NCBI GenBank assembly: GCA_951406725.2
Contig: OX597833.1
Coordinates: 47,802,001 to 47,866,000 of the forward strand
DNA: 64,000 bases
Direction of reading: 5' to 3'
From: Octopus vulgaris
Taxonomy: Eukaryota
A program made the translations under genes and the position numbers. Below are positions 38,201 to 51,078 of this stretch, piece after piece (within the stretch, counting starts at the first letter, position 1; each line of letters begins with the position of its first letter). The notes beneath the pieces are model-generated. The model searched no databases. It was not told the origin of the DNA and saw only the letters and a program-made list of their open reading frames with translations.

Positions 38201-39081
38201 ATGCTACTTCTCTCTTTTCAATGATCTTAAATTCTAAGAGATTAGAAAGCAAAAAATGATTTTAGCTAGACTTAATAGTTCTACATTTTTTACATCTAGG
38301 GAAGGTTATATTATTTATGTATATATATATGTGTGTGTGTATGTGTGTGTGTGTGCAAAAATGTATGTATAATAATTCTTACATTGTCAGGAGATTTCTT
38401 GAAAGTATATTTTCATACACGATTATGTATGGGAGTCAGAATCAGCAATTATTAGATGCATGAACATGACACTAAGATCAGGTTGTTAGTTGGATCAGCT
38501 ACTTCCGGGTCCTGTCATTGTCGTCCATTTCAATTGAAGATGTACTCTAACAAAAACAATAAGTTAAATAGTTTAACGATTATACGAGTAACTATGAAAG
38601 ATTTAAAAAAGACGATCAGAATTGATTCGTAACATATATCAGACCGACACATTTAGACAAATATGACACTATTTATTATAACAAAAAAAAAAACAATAAT
38701 AATAAAGCTACTAAAATAGTAAAAAGCAAATTATTAATTGAACAAAAGTTGACTGATATTGATTGAGATTAGCTAAGCTATTTTAAAGCATTTTCAAGAG
38801 GGCACAACTATCATTAATAGAAAAGATTTTAAAAACATAAAGGAAATATGAGGACGTAACATATACTTAGACCTAATAAAGGACTCAACAAAATAATACT
38901 ACAGGGATATATAATCGCGAAAATACTTATCAAAATTAAAGACTGATGTATAATAATAAATAAGTAGCATTATTACAAAAGAAGATCGGGGGGAAAAAAT
39001 TCTCTAAAATCAACAGATACGAAATCGGTGTTCACAATAAGACTCATTTTTAATATCTTGTTTGATATCTCGGTAGCATGC

Positions 39082-39130
<49 letters not shown>

Positions 39131-39449
39131 TGCACATACACAAATACATGCACGCATATATACATAGATATATATAGAGAAAGACAGACACGCGCGCAAA
39201 TACATTCACTCATACATACAACAATAGCCCCTTTACACCTCCACCCCGCGATAGATACTAAAGACTTTTTTTAATCAACTTTGAACCTCAAGATGGCGAC
39301 TGTTGCAGATCAGAGACTGAAATAAAAATAATAATCAAAACAAATTGCCAAAGAAGAACGAAAAATGATTTAAAAAAAAAAAAAAATAGGGAGAGGAGGA
39401 AAGAATATCATAATAGAAATAAAATTAATATTATTAGTAAAAACAGAAA

Positions 39450-39605
39450 AACAGCAGCAATAATAGCGATTATGATAGCAGTAGTTGTAGTACTAGTAGT
39501 AGTAGCAGCAGTAATAGTGATGGTGGTGGTTGTTAATGCAGCGGCAGTACTAGTAGCAGTAGTAGTGGTAGTAGTAGTGGCATTAGTAGCTACGGCTGCT
39601 ACTAA
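39450..39605. repeat. Degenerate (GTA/GCA/GTG)n trinucleotide repeat in intron 1
   Basis: gtagtagtagcagcagtaatagtgatggtggtgg... Confidence 0.85.
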
Positions 39606-41025
39606 TGAGATTCAGCAGCACAACGCCCACACGGTGAGCTTTTATAAAAATCTAAGAGAGAGAGATAGAAAGAAAAAAGGAAAAAAAAATGGTTAAAAAA
39701 AAAAAGAAAGAAATAAAAGGGGGAAGGGAGTAGTAGCGATCGTATGTATTATTGATCTATATCAAAGAGCGCTATAGGAGGTGGGGGGAGGGGAGAAACG
39801 AAAAAAAATTAAGGAAGGAAAAATGCTAAGTATATATTTATATATATATATATATGTATTAGAGAAGGGCTTTTGAAGAAGAAAGCATTGTGTTATGGCA
39901 AGTGCGAGATCAGAGTGCAGCCAGACTAAGAGAGGTGGTGGTGGGGGGAGGGGAAATTATGGATGGATGAAGGTAGGAAGGGGAGGGGGGACAACGCTAC
40001 CAATGGTTTTCAGATTGGAAACTGGTGCGTGCAGTAAGTAGCAAAAGATAAAGCTGACAACATCCACATCATACCATACTACTACAGTTTAACAAACACA
40101 CGTCAACACATGCAAACCCCCCCGAAACTGGACAACCATAAAAGCTTGGCTTGCTTGCTGCTGCACACAACACATATCGACTTAGCACAGCCACAGCACA
40201 GCACGGCACAGCAACCGCAGTGCTCCCCCCTTTCTTTCGTTTTTCAATTTCAATTAAAAGAAGGGGAGAAAAGAAAAAAAAAAGAGGGATTTTTTTTTTT
40301 TTTTTTTGGTTTCGAAAAAAGAAAAAAAAAATATATGCAACAACGAAGAATGAAAGACAAATAAATTCTATATAAAAGGTAAAAAAAAATAATAATAAAT
40401 AGTATCATAATCATAATATAATCATGCAAAGGATGAAAAATAGGGGTACGAGATGATTATGGGGTGTGATGGAAAAGGTATATAAAATATTAGAAATATT
40501 AAAAATAGACGTGCAATTTGTACGAGCGCTAAACTGTATCGCTACACAGAATTAGATAAGTAAAAAAGAAGAAAAAAGTGGTGGTGATGGTGAACAATTC
40601 TACAAAAACATTCGAAATAACCACTTTTAAGATAAATTTGATAAAAGCATTGTACTTATTGGAAAACAAAATATAAATAATAGTCATCCAGCTATATGAA
40701 AACAACACAAAAAACTTCAATTAGCCTAATTCACAATAAACTAAAATAACCAAAGCGAATAAGCCGCCATCTTGTCAGTGTAGTGCTTTAAAGTCACTGT
40801 AGAACAATATTGACAATTTTAGATTCACTGTAACCTTAAAGCCATTTTCCACTCAATTAACAACGTTAAACAAAAGATGAGATAAGTAGGAACACCGGCA
40901 TTTATATATTTTAGAGTTTTAAGGGTCGAAAGGAGAATATTTCAGAGATTTTAGCACAAATTTGGCTGATACACTGTACGATGGCAGCCATTTTGGTAAG
41001 AATTAGAAGATATGATAAATATTAC

Positions 41026-41193
41026 CTCGTCTGATTCGCCAACGAGTTCCCGGAATAGTTTCAATCCACAATAAAAGCTTCGTACCAATCCTAAGTTTGG
41101 ATCTATTTGCGTTCTAAACTCTTCTTCGCCATAGCGAACAGATATTCGCTCGTATCTACAGCCAGGACGCCCTGGAAACCGTGGCCGCGCCAT
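41026..41193 (-). CDS. KMT2A: Trithorax/KMT2A exon 1 (start codon; menin-binding motif; first half of LEDGF-binding region)
   Basis: ATG at 41193 gives MARPRFPGRPG (MLL1 menin-binding motif RWRFPARP-like), then ...LKLFRELVGESDE and a GAG|gtaata donor. 168 nt, phase 0. Confidence 0.9.
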
Positions 41194-42250
41194 TACTATA
41201 AACCTGCTAACATCGAGGCCTGGAAAGATGGCTCCGTCAACAGTACACACCTTCCGAGTTAAAGATCTACGATCTCATCAATAATAATTATTTTTACACA
41301 AGCAATCATTTTAAAATACTTCGCGAATCAATTATCAAGTGTTTGTTTTTTTTTTAACATTCGATCAACATATTAGAAACTTTTCGGATAAATGTTGATG
41401 AAATTTACACATCCTCGATCAGGACCTAATATTGACCAATCAGATTGATGGTATTCCCCGCCAAAATTTTCTGACCTTAACATTCTTTACTGAATTGAAA
41501 CAACTTCATATTTATTACAACATATAGAAATATATGACTTTTATTAATCCTTCCTAAGGGCTCTCATAAATTCTCTAAGATCTCTTCAACAACTGACACG
41601 CTATATAGACATATATTTATAAATATATATTAATATTAACTTTGGTTTCTCTGTATATCAACAGACATTCACTACCTGAGCATTAAACATTGTGTTGTTT
41701 TGTTTGAATTAATAAAATATTTATGAAGTTCTTCAACCTTGACTTTCAGATAATAACGAAATATCTTCTTGTTTAATTTTACAGTTATTGTAAAATACTC
41801 ATACTCGTCTTTTCCGCTTAAAAATAAATCAGTTTATGAAGGGTCTGAAATATTACAATGTTCAAAATCAATTCTTTCGAACTATAAACAAACTCTGAAG
41901 CATGCGCCTGCGATTTTATAAGTTTCATATGCTGTTTTCTTTAAAATATTCATACATATGCAAATATCGAAGCCCTTACGACGAGTAGAAAATGGATATA
42001 ATTATCTTAGCAACTTCTCTTTTTACTGTTGACTAGGCTTCAGGTGAGTGTGAAGTTAAGAAAATGCACCTGGCTCGTCTAAGGCTGTTACACGCAAACT
42101 ATTTAACATTTTCATAACACAGTAGGCGGGACTTAGAAACTAGCAACAAAGTTCGGGAAAACGTCCCGAACGAAGAAAGACGAAATTCGTGGTTCGATCT
42201 TCAGACAAGACCACGAACTGATTGGATTGTTTTCCATAGCTTCACACTGC
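41194..42250. promoter_or_regulatory. KMT2A 5' UTR/promoter, probably bidirectional
   Basis: Locally CpG-enriched. YY1-like AAGATGGC at 41225, CCAAT boxes at ~41437 (+) and ~42221 (-), NRF1-like GCATGCGCCTGCG at ~41900, GGCGGGA at ~42125, strong + strand donor CAG|GTGAGT at 42043. Confidence 0.5.
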
Positions 42251-43771
42251 TACCTGTACAGACACGACAAAAATTAGTCTCTGAGATATTTAAGGAGTTG
42301 GAGTTTCGTCCGTGAATGAGGTTCTTTTAATTACTGTCAACAATACCTGATTTTAAGAATTCTACAACCTGAAGGATATTTATCCCTTACTTTGGATACC
42401 TATGTACAATTATATAGAATAGTCCTGTCATTTCTCTTTGAATTTATTTCTAGTTGTCTCTTACACATCTAGTGTTGTTTGTTTCCATCTTATTCTGTTG
42501 ATGAACACTATTTGCAAAAGAAGACAATATAACTAAAGCATGTTTGGAGTTCCCCTCCACATTGTAGACTAAATGAAAATATTAGTAATTGACTAATATT
42601 GTCTTTTTCTCGGAGTGTAATTATTTCTATGTAGCTTCTTAATGTTCCTAAAAGCGTCAGCGAAGTCATTTCCTTTTTCTTTTTTTTTTTACATCCCTTC
42701 CCAAACATATCTGCTATACAAATCATCCGTAGAATAACCCCCAAGACAGGAATTTATATCAATGTTTTGAGATATTTAAATAATACTGAATCAAATTCAT
42801 CATCAATTAACTTCCACTTTCTCATTCATGCATGGGTCAGACGAGTTTCTTGAGACGGTTTTTCTATGACTGGATACCCTTTCTGTCACCAACCCTTATT
42901 TGTTTTCAAGCAATGTAATATTTCCCCATAGCTAAATATGTTTTACTTGGAAGACTGAAAACAAGCAACCTCACTTGTATGACAGTGATGCTCATTTATG
43001 ACTGAAAGTTGTGATTCACTGGATTGTTGACTACATGATCAGCGAATCTAACCAGTCGTGACTTCACCTGGAAGGAATATTGCCCACAGGATCAACGAGA
43101 TCTGGCCAACCACAACCTAGTGTGGAATAAGCTCCCAGTGACTAATATCCAATTTTGTCACGCTCCTTTCTGAGCCTCCACCATCGGAATAAAATCAAAA
43201 TCAACACACGCGACCAGATAGCTTTGGGATGTAGCATAGTCAACCAGTAAGTAGTAGATGGCATGGCAAATACAAACAGGCAGCAGCTGAATCGAGCTAA
43301 CATCGTCATGACGAGCTACCAACGGCAACACAGAGCTGACTTTCATCGTAACAAACTAGCCACAACAACACAATGACTAGCTGTAACTTTACTAATACTA
43401 TCTCATTTACAATGACATCCAAACCTTCTCAACATTTTTCGTAATACTATTTCGATTACACCAAGCACAATTACCTTCAAACTCTCACAGCCAGAAATAA
43501 ATTTAGTTCATAAAACCTCAACAGAGTTTTGTCGTTTTCTCCTGTGTACAATTGTTGATTTCCAATGCTAGAAATAACAGCTAGTTTCTTACATAAACAG
43601 TTGTATACAGCTCCTTGCAGTTAGCAAATAAACTCAAGCACAAATGGTTTCAACATCTAACTATTATATAATGTCAAGTCGAAGGTACATGCACATACAT
43701 ACATGGTAAGCTTCTTTCTCTCTCTCTCTCTCTCTCTAGATATATATATATATATTTATATATATATATAT

Positions 43772-44542
43772 ATATAGCTCCAGGCTGACCAAAGCCTTGT
43801 GAGTGGATTTGGTAGACAAACTGAACGAAGCCTGTCATACGTGCACACAAATATATATACTCTCTTTACTCTTTTACTTGTTTCAGTCATTTGACTGCGG
43901 CCATGCTGGAGCACCGCCTTTAGTCGAGCAACTCGACCCCGGGACAAGCTAGGGGGACAAACACATATATGTACATATATACGACAGGCTTCTTTCAGTT
44001 TCCGTCTACCAAATCCACTCACAAGGCTTTGGTCGGCCCGGGGCTATAGCAGAAGACACTTGCCCAAGATGCCACGCAGTGGGACTATATATATATATAT
44101 GGCTGTGTGGTAAGTAGCTTGCTACCCAACCACATGGCTCCGGGTTCAGTCCCACTGCGTGGTATCTTGGGCAAGTGTCTTCTGCTATAGCCTTGGGCCG
44201 ACCAATGCCTTGTGAGTGGATTTGGTAGACGGAAACTGAAAGAAGCCTGTCGTATATATGTATATATATATATATATGTATGTCTGTGTTTGTCCCCCAA
44301 GCATTGCTTGACAACAGATGCTGGTGTGTTTACGTACCTGTCACTTAGCAGTTCGGCAAAAGAGACCGATAGAATAAGTCCCGGGGTCGAGTTGCTCGAC
44401 TAAAGGTGGTGCTCCAGCATGGCCGCAGTCAAATGACTGAAACTAGTAAAGAAAGTATATATATTTGTGTGCACGTATGACAGGCTTCTTTCAGTTTGTC
44501 TACCAAATCCACCCACAAGGCTTTGGTCAGCCTGGAGCTATA
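43772..44542. repeat. ~770-bp SINE-derived palindrome centred on (TA)n
   Basis: Arms are reverse complements, including the unique junction cgtgcacacaaatatatatac. Confidence 0.85.
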
Positions 44543-45099
44543 TAGCTGAAGACACTTCCCCACAGTGGAACATGGTCAGGAAGTAAACTTCTTAACCACA
44601 GAGCCATTCCTCTGCATATCATTGCAAACATTATTAAGAAATGAAGATTGTTCTCATCGCTGTCAGTACCAGAAATGTCTTATATGGAAATGCAAAGGGA
44701 CTAGAATAGATAAAATAGTTACTTCTGCCAAAGGGGATATTTGAAATAGAAAATGTACAGTTCTTAGTTTGGTATCTCATAGCCCTAAATTACTTAGAGT
44801 AACATGTGTTGGTGACAAATACCAATTATCAACTAAAACTGCTGGCCCCAAATTTTTTAGCACCGCAGACTGGTTTCCTGCAAGGCAATTCTTCCACAGA
44901 CTGAGATATTAGGTGCATAACAAATTACAATGAAGTGCATAATATATAATTTAATTATTATCTATATAATACATATATAGTGCAAAAACATCCTGCAGGG
45001 TTTCATTGATTGTCAATCAAGTAGAAATAAAATTTTTAAGATTATTCTTTCTCTGTAACCTGGTTCTAAATGATCAATGGTCCAGTACTGGTCTATGGC

Positions 45100-45325
45100 C
45101 TGGTGGTAAGCTGGAAGAATCATTAGTACGCCGGGCGAAATGCTTAGCGGTATTTCGTCTGTGGTTACATTCTGAATTCAAATTCAGCCAAGGTCGACTT
45201 TGCCTTTCATCCTTTTGGGGTCGATTAAATAAGTACCAGTCACGCACTGCGGTCAATATAATCGACGTAATCTGTTTGTCTGTCCTTGTTTGTCCTCTCT
45301 GTGTTTAGCCCCTTGTGGGTAGTAA
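45100..45325 (+). mobile_element. SINE family 2 (central gcctttcatcc...gggtcga...aagtaccag domain, Meta-domain-like)
   Basis: Repeated at ~4178-4390(+), 10245-10450(-), 25690-25900(-), 25925-26125(-), 49470-49693(-) and 62565-62710. Confidence 0.75.
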
Positions 45326-45909
45326 AGGGAACTCCTGCCTCAAATGTCACTTCAGTAGTATCTTTATAAGTGCTCACGAAGCACATAGCTTTCTCGTGAA
45401 TAGTCTCCAGACAAACCACTTTCCCAGTTTTTTCTCTCCATAACATGATTGCACAATAATTCCTTTCCTTCCCAAAACATCTGTCAAGTAGAATGTTTTA
45501 CCTATGACATACCCTTTAGCTTAGAACTGTTCAAGAGGTACATTACTCATTTTGATCTCACTGATTTCAGATGTTCTGTGAAATTCTGTGGACACAAACC
45601 TTTCAAAAAGATCAAACCATTCAAAATATAAAGCATGGTCATGTGGTTAAGAAGCTCGTTTTGTAATCACACAGTTTTGGGTTCAGTCCCACTGCACAGC
45701 ACCTCGGGCAAGTACCTTCTACTATAGCACCAAGCTGACCAATGACTTGTGAGTGAATTTTGTAGACAGAAACTAAGTAAAAATCTATCATATATGCATA
45801 TATATATATATATAAATATATGACAGGTATATAGCTAGATAAAAAGGGATGGGGGGATGCAAACAAGAAAATAGGACTCAAAAGATGAGCATGTTTTTTA
45901 ATATTAATA

Positions 45910-46421
45910 CCGTAAATCCTCGAGTATAATCCGCATATTTTTCCAAAATTTAAAGGTCTAAATCCTTAGTGCATACTATATATGAGGTTAAAAATGAAAA
46001 TTATTTTCTAAGCAATGTCCGAGTCTCTATTTGCTGTCCAGCAATGTTTATTCAGACACATTTTGTGATGGCGGGCATGAAAATACCTTAAGCTAAGCCT
46101 GAAAGCAATGAAGTCATAAAAGGATCATCCATAAACTTGCAATAAGCAACATTTATTAAACGTTATTGCTGTTATTTCTTTATTTTCTGCAAAGAAAATG
46201 CACAAAAAAGCTACACGTTTGCATTATGTTATATATACAATAATAATAAAGGACATTACCATATACATTTTTACAAACCAAGAACATTATATAGACCTCC
46301 TTGACTCAAGTTAGAGAAGGGGTGCGTATTATACACAAAGTTTAGGTTTTTCAGAGGTACAGCCTCCTAAAAATCCACTGCGTATTATATTCAAGGGTGG
46401 ACTATACTCGAAGATTTACGG
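45910..46421. mobile_element. Tc2/pogo-like non-autonomous DNA transposon
   Basis: TA|CCGTAAATCCTCGAGTATAATCC ... GGACTATACTCGAAGATTTACGG|TA. A degenerate relative lies at ~32674-32997. Confidence 0.8.
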
Positions 46422-46684
46422 TAATCCCTAAAAGGGGTAACTAGAGAAAAAGGGTTTTTAACACAACCAGTTCACAAGATGTTATTTCAGGATAAATACC
46501 ACAATAACTGGCCTCTCAACAGTGTATGTAAATTCAAAATGACATATAAATAGCTTATATTAATATAATACTGCTTCAGTTGCATGTACCAGAGTTTTAT
46601 TCAGCCAGGCAGCTGTTTGCAACATCAGTGGATGTTTTATTCACTGTTTTCTATTTTGGTAAATAACAAATTCTTATTTCACAT

Positions 46685-46980
46685 CTTTGTTCCTTATTGA
46701 GCCATGCCTGGCTCATAAGGACCGGTTTCCTTGGCGTATAGGTTCTCCACTTGGACAGGACGCTGGTCCGTTGCAGGTGATCTGCAAGATGCAGGAGGAA
46801 AGAGTGAGAGAAAGTTGTGGCGAAAGAGTCAGCAGAAGTTTCGCCATTACCTTCTGCCGGAGCTGCATGGAGCTTAGGTGTTTCGCTCAGAAACACACAC
46901 ATCGCCTGGTCTGAGATTCGAACCCGCGATCCCTCGACCGAAAGTCCACTGCTCTAACCACTGGGTCATGTGCCTCCACT
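46685..46980 (-). mobile_element. tRNA-derived SINE, family 4
   Basis: Head GGAGGCACATGACCCAGTGGTTAGAGCAGTGGACTTTCGGTCGAGGGATCGCGGGTTCGAATCTC has A/B boxes but no paired acceptor stem, followed by a non-tRNA body. Confidence 0.75.
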
Positions 46981-47599
46981 GTTACACATGTGGGTAGTTG
47001 CAAATACGCATCATTGAAAAGGCTCAAACAGGCCAAATCGAATTTGGCATTCGACCACTGTTGGAATCATTTTTGGAATCACTGTTGGAATCATTTTTCT
47101 TCTCCCTTCGATATGTATTGTAGTTTTAACACAGTACACCCATAAGAGATGTTACCTCTGGACAAACACTGCAGTATCTGGCCTATACATTAAGTATCAT
47201 ACAGACATGGTAAAGAACAAGAATGCAGGCCAATGGGAAAGCCTTGAAGTCTATGAGCATCTTAATATTTTAAGTCATAAACACATTTCATTTAAGAGAA
47301 TGCAAATGTAATATGCTAATGAGTTGCCCTATAAACTACCGTATAATCTCATATCATATTCTTCAATTCCTTGCAAATTTTAATTTCTTCTCTATTTCTC
47401 AAACATAATCCTTTACATGTGCTTAATTAATCAATGATTAAATTATCTTAAGACAACTTTTTTTTTAATTAGATTACATAATACTCATATCACTTCTCTC
47501 TCTCTCTCTGTTTCTCTGTGTGTGTATGTATGTGTGTGTGTAAGTGTGTGTGTGTCTGTCTGTATGTGTGCATCACTAAAAGTCGAGAACTGCCCAACT

Positions 47600-50047
47600 A
47601 TGCCTGCTATGAAAGGTTGCTAAATGAAGAGAATGAATGGGAGAAAGATAGTCTGCCAAATGTTGACCCAACAGAGGGCCCAGCTATCCGAATTGACAGT
47701 ACCTTGGTAGATAAAGCAATTGAGGGTATGAAGACAAGGAAAGCCCCCAGCCCATCAGGAATCACCGCAGAGGTCCTTAAAATATCTGGTGGTATTGGCT
47801 ATAGTCTAGTCACCCGTATAGTCAATCAGGTGATACATGAAGGAGTCATACCAATGATTGGTGTAGCAGCACCATAGTCAACTGCTACAAAAGTAAAAGT
47901 GACACCTTAGAAATAATTACAAAGATATCAAATTGTTGGATCAGGTATTGAAAGTCACGGAGAGGGTATTAGCCCAACTAATTAGGAAGGGAGTCAGTCT
48001 AGATGAGATGCAGTTTGGGTTTGTGCTAAGGAAAAGCACCACAGACGCTATATTTCTGCTAAGACAGCTGCAGGAGAAATACCTAGTCAAAGATAAATGC
48101 CTATACCTAGCTTTTGTTGACATGGAGAAAGCCTTTGACAGGGTCCCCTGATACCTTATTTGGTTGTCAATGAGAAAACTAGAGATAGATGAATGGTTAG
48201 TGAGAGCTGTACAAGCCATGTACAGGGATACTGTCAGTAAGGTGAGGGTTGGCAATGAGTACAATGAAGAATTCTGGGTAGGGGTCCACCAAGAATCAGT
48301 CCTCAGCCCCCTCTTATTCATCATCAGGCAATAACAAAGGAATTCAAGACAGGATACCCCTGGAAGCTTCTCTATGCTGATGACCTTGCTCTAATAGCTG
48401 AGTCACTATCAGAACTAGAGGAGAAGTTTCAGGTTTGGAAGCAAGGTCTAGAACTGAAGAGCCTTACAGTCAACCTAGCAAAAGCCAAAGTCTTAATAAG
48501 TAGGAAGGCAGACAAACCATGAATCCCTTTAGGTAGATGGCCCTGCTTGATCTGTAGAAAAGTCTTATGTAGAAACTCCATAATATGTACCCAGTGTAAG
48601 CTATGGACACATAAGAGGTACAGCAATATCGAAGGAAGGCTAACTGGGAAGATAGTTTTTGTATGTGGCAGATGCTCAGGAGCAATAAACACTTAGAATG
48701 TGCAGAAAACAGCTTCTGTCACATTCCAGGGGGAAAAACTACAAGTAGTTGATAGCTTCCGTTATCTAGGTGACCTAGTCAGCAGTGGGAGTGGATGCTC
48801 TGAAAGTGTAGCTGCTAGAAAAAGAATAGCTTGGGCAAAATTCAAAGAGCTCCTACCTCTGCTGGTGACAAAGGGTCTCTCACTCAGAGTAAAAGGTAGA
48901 CTGTATGAAGCATGTGTGCAAGCAGCCATGCTACATGGCAGTGAAACATGGGCCGTGATTACTGAGGACATGCATAAGCTTGCAAGAAACAAAGCCAGTA
49001 TGCTCCGCTGGATGTGTAATGTCAGTGTGCATACACGACAGAGTGTAAGTGCCCTGAGAGAAAAGTTGGACTTATGAAGTATCAGATATGGTGTGCAAGA
49101 GAGACGACTGCGCTGGTATGGTCATGTGTTGCAATTGGATGAGGACAGCTGTGTGAAAAAGTGTCACACCCTAGCAGTAGAAGGAACCTGTGGAAGAGGT
49201 AGACCCAGGAAGACCTAGGATGAGGTGCTGAAGCACGGCCTCTGAATACTGGTACTCACCAAGGCAATGACAAGTGACCAAGACCTTTGGAGATATGCTG
49301 TACTTGAGAAAACCTGGCAAGCCAAGTGAGACTATAACCGTGGCCTAAGGCAGTGTGGCATAACCAGCCCATTTAAGAGTGCCTTTCAATCATTGGGCAA
49401 CAAACTGCGCTTGCGAAGACCTGTAGAGGCAAGTGAAATCTTTGTTGTGGTCCATGGTAGTACCTATGTCTTTATTACCCTCAAGGGGCTAAACACAGAG
49501 GGGACAAACAAGGACAGACACACAGATTAAGTCGATTACATCGACCCCAGTGCGTAATTGGTACTTAATTTATCGACCCCGAAAGGATGAAAGGCAAAGT
49601 TGACCTCGGCGGATTTGAACTCACAATGTAACGGCAGAGGAAATACGGCTATGCATTTTATCCGGCATGCTAACGTTTCTGCCAGCTTGCCACTACATGG
49701 TAGTACCGCCTGATTGATATCCATGCCAGAGGCACGTTAAAAGCACCATTCGAGCATGATCATTGCCAGTGCCATCTGACTGGCTCCCATACTGGTGGCA
49801 CATAAAAAACACCATTCAAGCATGACTGTTGCCAGTGTTGCCTGACTGGCTCCTGTGCCGGTGCCGTGTAAAAAGTATCCACTATATTCTCGGAGTGGTT
49901 GGTGTTAGGAAGGGCATCCAGCTGTAGAAACTTTGGCAGATCAGATTGGAGCCTAGTGAAGCCTTCTGGCTCACCAGCCCTCAGTCAAACCATCCAACCC
50001 CTGCCAGCATGGAAAGCAGAAGTTAAACGACGATGATGATGATGATG
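47600..50047 (+). mobile_element. 5'-truncated, decayed RTE-clade LINE (RT with stops and frameshifts, repeated 3' UTR, (GAT)n tail)
   Basis: Fragments KAPSPSGITAEVLK, QFGFVLRKSTTDAIF, AFVDMEKAFDRVP, GVHQESVLSPLLF, LLYADDL (YADD at 48373-48384), FRYLG, AMLHGSETW, RLRWYGHV. The (GAT)n tail ends at ~50047. A SINE is nested at ~49470-49693. Confidence 0.92.
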
Positions 50048-50702
50048 TGTGTGTAGGTCTATATATTTGAATACTATCTTTAACATCTCATGACTTAATT
50101 GCTTAAATTCATCCTGCCTATGAAATTTACATATCTAAAATCGCATTAGAACACATCACACTTGAGATGCTAAATACAATTGACCCAGTCATTAATAAAA
50201 CCAACAAGTACTCAACCAAACTTCGTCACTTTTTTACCACCCAAGTCTAATTAGGTTATCATGTAGGCACAGGCATTGCTGTGTGGTAAGAAGTTTGCTT
50301 TGCAACGACATGGTTTCAGGTTCAGTCCTACTGTATGGCCCCTCGGATAAGTGTCTTATTCTATAGCCTTGGGCCAACCAAAGCCTTGTAAGTGGATTTG
50401 GTAGACAGAAACTGAAAGAAGCCTGTTGTATGTATATATGTGTGCATGTCTGTGCCTTTGTGACATATATACATATATGACAGTAAAGGCTATAAGAGGA
50501 GAAGATGCAGATATGTTGTATTGCAAAGCCTTTATAAGTGGGGGTGTTGAGCTCAGATACATACATATATGTATGTATATATGTGTGTGTGTATATACAT
50601 ATATGTATGTATATATATATATATATATATATAAAGTTAATCCAAACAAGAAGGCACAAAAAACACAACAATGCGAGGATGTGGAACAAATATAGTATTA
50701 TT

Positions 50703-50748
<46 letters not shown>

Positions 50749-51078
50749 TCATATACATATACATACACACACACACATATATATATGTATGTATTAATCA
50801 AAGTATATAGTATTTTAGATTCATTACAGCCAATCTTACCAATTGGTTTTGCACTGGATATAAGATAACTGGGTTGTTATATAATTGATGTGCTCTTCAG
50901 GGATGGCAGATATGGTAAAATTATAATGACAGCCTTTCCTGAAGTTGTCCATTTCCATTTTCGCCAGGGATTTTATTATGGTAGAAATGTAAACTCAAAA
51001 TTACTGAATAAAAACAGAAGTGGTTGGGGTGGTAAAATTACTTTCAAAATGCTGCCAGAGAGTAAACAGAATGTAAAA

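Noticed and set aside
39472-39696. Hydrophobic Val/Ala-rich ORF resembling a membrane peptide
   Set aside because: It is the translation of a (GTA/GCA)n repeat.
41194-41250. Upstream GTG-initiated extension of exon 1 in the ORF track
   Set aside because: The ATG at 41193 has good context and places the menin-binding motif at the extreme N-terminus, as in homologues.
46905-46980. Possible tRNA gene
   Set aside because: A and B boxes are present but the acceptor stem does not pair and a SINE body follows.
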